Assembly (NCBI GenBank): GCA_965203485.1
Contig: OZ241892.1
Location: 3,072,001 to 3,136,000 of the forward strand
DNA: 64,000 nt
From: Longimicrobiales bacterium
GTDB lineage: Bacteria; Gemmatimonadota; Gemmatimonadetes; Longimicrobiales; Gaopeijiaceae
Direction: 5' to 3'
Shown: positions 59,748 through 64,000 of the stretch, one piece after another
Layout of the letters: the number at the start of each line of letters is the position of its first letter
How positions within the stretch are numbered: the first letter of the stretch is position 1
The notes under the pieces: generated by a model
What the model saw: the letters and a program-made list of their open reading frames with translations, nothing else
What the model was told of the DNA's origin: nothing
The model's database searches: none
Made by a program: the position numbers and the translations under genes

Positions 59748-60920
59748 ATGATCCAACCCAGTGGAAAGAACACGGCCGCCGGAGCTGGCGCAAGTCCGCC
59801 CGGCTCCCGGTCGGGAACCCTCCCGAGCGCCGGCATGAAGGCGGCGCTGTCCGCGGGCTCCGGCCGCCCATTTCCTTCGGTGTCGGTCGTGGTCCCCGCG
59901 AAGGACGCCGATGCAGTCGTCAAGCACGCCCTGGACGCGATTCTGGCCCAGGACTATCCAGGTTCGGTCGAAGTCGTGGTGGCCGACGGGTCCGACCCGC
60001 CCGCCCTGGCCGGACTGTTGCGCGAGACGCATCCGGACGTGCGCGTGGTCGCCAATCCGGGCCGCATTGCCGCCTCGGGGCTCAACGCGGCACTGAGGGT
60101 GGCGACCGGGGAGGTCGTAGCGCGTTGCGACGCGCATGCGGTGCTCCCCCCTGGTTATGTGAGCAGGGCGGTCGAGACGCTGGAGGAAACTGGTGCGGCC
60201 AACGTCGGCGGAATGATGTCGCCCTTCGGCGGCACGCTCTTCGGACGCGCCGTTGCCCTGGCCGTGACGTCGTTGCTGGGTTCGGGAGGATCGCGCCATC
60301 GGTACGGCGGCGCGGCTGGGCCTGCGGACACCGTCTACTTGGGCGTCTTTCGGAGACGGACGCTGGACGAAGCCGGCGGATTCAACGTCGCGACGCCGGT
60401 CAACGAGGACTACGAACTCAACTGCCGCCTGCGCGAGCGAGGTCGCACGGTGTGGTTCGATCCCCGCCTTCGGGTGGGATACCGGACTCGGGGGACGTGG
60501 CCGGCGCTCGCCCGGCAGTATCTGGGCTACGGCTGGTCCAAGCGCTTGACCATCCGCCGTCATCCGTCGTCGGTGCGGCCACGCCAAGTCGCGGCGGCCC
60601 TGCCGGCGCTGGGGCTGGCGGGGTCTGCCGTCCTGGCGCTGGCCGGGGCGCCCGTCGCGGCGTGGGCTTGGGGGCCGCTCGGCTACGCGGCGGCGCTCGT
60701 CGTCCATGCGGTGGCAACCGGCGTTCGCCGCCGGGAGCCCGCCGCGCTCTACCTGCCCTTGGCGCTGGCCACGATGCATGTGGCATGGGGCGTGGGCCTT
60801 GTCGTCCCCACGGCCTTCTTTCTGTCCAAGGACGTGCGCACGCGGCTCGAACGACAAGCCCTGTCGGCTCCGTCCGATCTCGAACCAACGCAACCCATGA
60901 TCACGGGAACATCGCGATGA
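59748..60920 (+). CDS. Glycosyltransferase family 2 (ExoA-like)
   Basis: VSVVVPA; ADGS; RCDAH; NEDYELN; hydrophobic C-terminus. Confidence 0.9.
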   Translation: MIQPSGKNTAAGAGASPPGSRSGTLPSAGMKAALSAGSGRPFPSVSVVVPAKDADAVVKHALDAILAQDYPGSVEVVVADGSDPPALAGLLRETHPDVRVVANPGRIAASGLNAALRVATGEVVARCDAHAVLPPGYVSRAVETLEETGAANVGGMMSPFGGTLFGRAVALAVTSLLGSGGSRHRYGGAAGPADTVYLGVFRRRTLDEAGGFNVATPVNEDYELNCRLRERGRTVWFDPRLRVGYRTRGTWPALARQYLGYGWSKRLTIRRHPSSVRPRQVAAALPALGLAGSAVLALAGAPVAAWAWGPLGYAAALVVHAVATGVRRREPAALYLPLALATMHVAWGVGLVVPTAFFLSKDVRTRLERQALSAPSDLEPTQPMITGTSR

Positions 60921-62290
60921 AGCGACGAGACTTTGTTCGGACCGGCGCACTGGGGGCGGCGGTCGCCGCCGGAGCCGGCTCGGGGTGCGGCGCGGGCGGC
61001 ATCCGCGTGCGGCAGGCCGAGTCCACGGCGCCGCCGCCGGGGTTGCCTTCACCTCCCGAGCAACCTTTGGCGGCGCCACCGGTCGACGAGGTGCGCATAG
61101 GCTTCGTGGGAGTCGGCGGCATGGGGACCGCGCATGTCCGCAACTTGGTGCGCATCGAGGGATGCGCCGTCGCGGCGGTGTGCGATGTCGTGCCGGCCCA
61201 CGCGGAACGCGCGGCCGCGATCGTCGAAGGAGCCGGTCACCGCCCGCCCGTCTTGTACACGCGCGGCGACACGGACTTCGAGCGAATGTGCGCCGAGATG
61301 GACTTGGACCTCGTGTACACGGCCACCCCTTGGCGCTGGCACGTTCCGGTCTGCGTCGCGGCCATGGGCAACGGCAAGCATGCCGCGACCGAAGTGCCCG
61401 CGGCGTACACGCTGGACGGCTGCTGGGAGCTGGTCGAGACGGCCGAGGCGACCGGCCGTCACTGCGTGATGATGGAGAACGTCAACTACGGACGCGCCGA
61501 ACTGCTGTGCCTGAACTTGGTGCGGCAAGGGCTCTTGGGCGAAGTGCTGCACGCCGAATGCGGCTACCTGCACGACTTGCGCGCCGTCAAGTTCGCGGAC
61601 GAAGGCGAAGGGCTGTGGCGGCGCGACCATTCCTGGACGCGCAACGGCAACCTTTACCCCACGCACGGCCTGGGGCCGGTGGCGAACTGCATGAACATCA
61701 ACCGCGGGGACCGTTTCGACTACTTGGTGTCGATGAGCAGCCCGTCGCGGGGGCTGCAGGACTGGGCGACGGAACATTACCCGGAGGGACATTCCAAGCG
61801 CGCGGAGAGCTTCGTCTTGGGCGACGTAAACGGCAGTCTCGTCAAGACCGCGCTGGGACGGACAATCTACCTGTCGCACGACACGAACCTGCCGCGTCCC
61901 TACAGCCGCATCAACTTGGTGCAGGGAACTCGGGGCATATTTCAGGGCTATCCAGACCGCGTGCACATAGAGGGACGCAGTCCCGCGCACCAATGGGAGC
62001 CTGCCGAGGCGTACTACGAGGAGCACGAGCATCCACTGTGGAGCGCCCTGCGAGAAGCGTCGCTCGGCGCCGGACACGGCGGCATGGACTTCGTCGAAGA
62101 CTATCGCTTGGTTCAGTGCATCCGCGAGGGACTGCCGACCGACATGAACGTCTACGACGCCGCCGCCCTCAGCGCGGTCTGCGAACTCTCGGAGAAGAGC
62201 GTGGCGCAGGGCAGCGCCCCAGAAGCGTTTCCCGACTTTACTCGCGGCCGCTGGCGTTCCTGGGCGCCGTGGCCAATCGTGACCGCCTGA
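60917..62290 (+). CDS. Tat-exported Gfo/Idh/MocA protein, GH109 alpha-N-acetylgalactosaminidase-like
   Basis: MKRRDFV; ATPWRWH; EVPAA; MMEN..Y; YPTHGLGP; GHGGMD. Confidence 0.9.
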   Translation: MKRRDFVRTGALGAAVAAGAGSGCGAGGIRVRQAESTAPPPGLPSPPEQPLAAPPVDEVRIGFVGVGGMGTAHVRNLVRIEGCAVAAVCDVVPAHAERAAAIVEGAGHRPPVLYTRGDTDFERMCAEMDLDLVYTATPWRWHVPVCVAAMGNGKHAATEVPAAYTLDGCWELVETAEATGRHCVMMENVNYGRAELLCLNLVRQGLLGEVLHAECGYLHDLRAVKFADEGEGLWRRDHSWTRNGNLYPTHGLGPVANCMNINRGDRFDYLVSMSSPSRGLQDWATEHYPEGHSKRAESFVLGDVNGSLVKTALGRTIYLSHDTNLPRPYSRINLVQGTRGIFQGYPDRVHIEGRSPAHQWEPAEAYYEEHEHPLWSALREASLGAGHGGMDFVEDYRLVQCIREGLPTDMNVYDAAALSAVCELSEKSVAQGSAPEAFPDFTRGRWRSWAPWPIVTA

Positions 62291-62313
62291 CGGACGGAGG
62301 CGCGCCGACGGTC

Positions 62314-63396
62314 TTATACGCCGGCCTGGCGCTTCACGTACACCGCTGCGTCGAGGTGCGTGGCGAACCAGACGTCTTCGTGCTGTTTGACGTATTGGAT
62401 CAGCTCCTCCAGCACGACGATGCGGGAGCGGTGGCCAATGACGTGCGGATGCATCGTCAGCAGGAACATGCCGCCTTCCTCGTAGGCGCCGTCGAACTCG
62501 TCCTTCCACACCTGCAGGACGTCCCGGGGGTTGGCGTACCGGCCTCCGCGAGGGTTTAGGAGCGGCGCGTCGTCGAGAATCCATTCCACCGGCAATTCGA
62601 CCATGCCGGTGGGCTCGCCGTGGGCGTCTATCTCATACGGACTGTCGTCCTCATACGGACTGTCGTCGGCCATCAGCGACGAATCGTACAAGAAGCCCAT
62701 CTCGCGGATGATGGACAGCGTATTGTCGCTGAAGTTCCAGGACGGCGCGCGGTAGCCCAGCGGCCGCGCGCCGGTCGCGGCCGTCATGTACTCGACGGCG
62801 CGTTGCAGCAACGCGCGCTCGGTCTCTGCGTCCAGATCGGAGTTGAGTTCGTGTATCCAGCCGTGCACGGCGAATTCGTGACGCCCGGAAGCTTGGACGA
62901 CTCCGATCTGCGACGTGTCGAGGACGAGACTCACGGCGGGAAAGAAGAAGGACGCCGGGATGCCCTCGCGATCCAGCAACTCGACGATGCGCGGAAGCGC
63001 CACGCGCGCACCGTACTGTCCTTGGGAGAGCGAACCGACCGTCGCGTCGCCGTAGCGCAAGCCGGTGACCGTCTCGTTGTCCACGTCGAACGACAGCAAC
63101 ACCGCCGCCCGAGCGCCGCCCGGCCACTGCGTAGGCAGAAGGCTGCGACCGGCGCGCACAGCGTTGACCGTTTCCGCCACCCGCTGGTCGGACCAAGTCC
63201 AGCCTGGCTCGTAGTCGCGCGCAAGCGCGCCGGGATCATGCGCTTCGGGCGTGCAACTCGGCATCGCCGCCATCGCAACCAGCGCGGCCGAGCGCGCCAA
63301 CCCGGCGACTGCGCGCTCAGCGGGCACGGCGGCCATGATTCGGCGCGCGGAGCCGGCCGGCCGAGCGCGCGGTCCGTCTCCCGGACTAGCTGCCAT
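62314..63396 (-). CDS. Polysaccharide deacetylase (CE4, PgdA/PuuE-like)
   Basis: SFDVD; HGWIHE; GYRAP; YDSS; TMHP. Start may be later. Confidence 0.9.
   Translation of the reverse strand: MAASPGDGPRARPAGSARRIMAAVPAERAVAGLARSAALVAMAAMPSCTPEAHDPGALARDYEPGWTWSDQRVAETVNAVRAGRSLLPTQWPGGARAAVLLSFDVDNETVTGLRYGDATVGSLSQGQYGARVALPRIVELLDREGIPASFFFPAVSLVLDTSQIGVVQASGRHEFAVHGWIHELNSDLDAETERALLQRAVEYMTAATGARPLGYRAPSWNFSDNTLSIIREMGFLYDSSLMADDSPYEDDSPYEIDAHGEPTGMVELPVEWILDDAPLLNPRGGRYANPRDVLQVWKDEFDGAYEEGGMFLLTMHPHVIGHRSRIVVLEELIQYVKQHEDVWFATHLDAAVYVKRQAGV
62632..62667. repeat. Perfect 18-bp tandem duplication in the deacetylase gene
   Basis: ctcatacggactgtcgtc x2, encoding DDSPYE x2. Confidence 0.95.
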
Positions 63397-64000
63397 CGCC
63401 GCTTCCGTCCTTGCTCCCCGCGAGCATCCCCAGCTCGCGAACGGTCTCCGCCAAGCGCACGAACTCGGCGCGGTAGCCCCGTTCGTCCGCGCCGCGGCTA
63501 CGGCCGGCCAGGCGAATCACGTCGTCCAGCGAATACGCGCCCGCGTGGGGCGAGTCGCGAAGCAGCATGCCGAACGCGGCAACCGCCGTCGCGAAGCGGA
63601 AGTCGGCGGACGGCTCCGACCGCTCGGCCGCGACCACGTGTTCCAGCAACTTGCTTCGCGTTCCATCGGGATCCTTGTAGCGGACTTTCACGAACATCAG
63701 CTCGTCCTCGAACCCCTCGGGCGGCTCGACGGCTTGCGGCTGGTACCTCAGCGAGTCCACTTCGCCGCGAGGAACCGGCTGGCCCGCCGGCACGACCTCG
63801 TAGAGCGCGGTGACCGTGTGGCCGGCGCCCAGTTCGCCTGCGTCCTTGGCGTCGTCGGCAAAGTCTTCCGCGTTGAGAAGGCGGTTCTCGTACCCGATCA
63901 GCCGGTAGCCGGCCACGCGCCGGGGATTGAACTCGACCTGGATCTTGACGTCCTTGGCGAGCGTCAGCAACGTGCCGCCCATCTCCTCCACCAGCGCCTT
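63386..64000 (-). CDS. VWA / YfbK (DUF3520) protein, C-terminal part
   Basis: AKDVKIQVEFNP; YRLIGYENR; DAGE.GAGH.VTALYE; runs off the window edge. Confidence 0.9.
   Translation of the reverse strand, partial: KALVEEMGGTLLTLAKDVKIQVEFNPRRVAGYRLIGYENRLLNAEDFADDAKDAGELGAGHTVTALYEVVPAGQPVPRGEVDSLRYQPQAVEPPEGFEDELMFVKVRYKDPDGTRSKLLEHVVAAERSEPSADFRFATAVAAFGMLLRDSPHAGAYSLDDVIRLAGRSRGADERGYRAEFVRLAETVRELGMLAGSKDGSGDGS

Noticed and set aside
56700..61079. Overlapping 1406-aa and 1280-aa opposite-strand ORFs
   Set aside because: Each is a real gene (GT2, multicopper oxidase) extended by the antisense frame of the other.
1..64000. CRISPR array, tRNA, rRNA or prophage
   Set aside because: No regularly spaced repeats, RNA-gene signatures or phage structural genes were recognised.

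Overview
High-GC bacterial window. The gene content (6-bladed propeller lipoproteins, DUF5916, sulfotransferase, Tat oxidoreductases) suggests Gemmatimonadota or a similar host-associated marine lineage; this is inference only. No rRNA, tRNA or CRISPR array was seen. 1-3.8 kb: a secreted-protein operon hit twice, by an IS1182-like element (15-bp IRs, CTAG duplication) and by an amber codon. About 5.6-26.5 kb: a mosaic anti-phage island. It holds a frameshifted Rpn nuclease with an intact internal small ORF, and a minus-strand cluster: XRE-HTH/SNF2/DUF3883 helicase > KGGVGR ParA-like ATPase > decayed copy of the helicase 3' end > C5 methyltransferase > MORC/GHKL ATPase-nuclease > DUF1156 methyltransferase > DUF499 ATPase. 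A divergent ABC-ATPase + PIN pair and an SBD-HNH nuclease lacking its catalytic His complete the island. 31.4-33.6 kb: a small decayed R-M islet. 43.1-46.1 kb: an M15 peptidase lipoprotein followed by two tandem, patch-diversified paralogs. The rest is housekeeping or metabolic: ilvA, two DEAD-box genes (one degenerate), aminotransferase, a 4-hydroxybenzoyl-CoA-reductase-like molybdoenzyme operon interrupted by a DUF1460 amidase, multicopper oxidase, GT2, GH109 and a deacetylase. All family calls come from motif recognition, not database searches.
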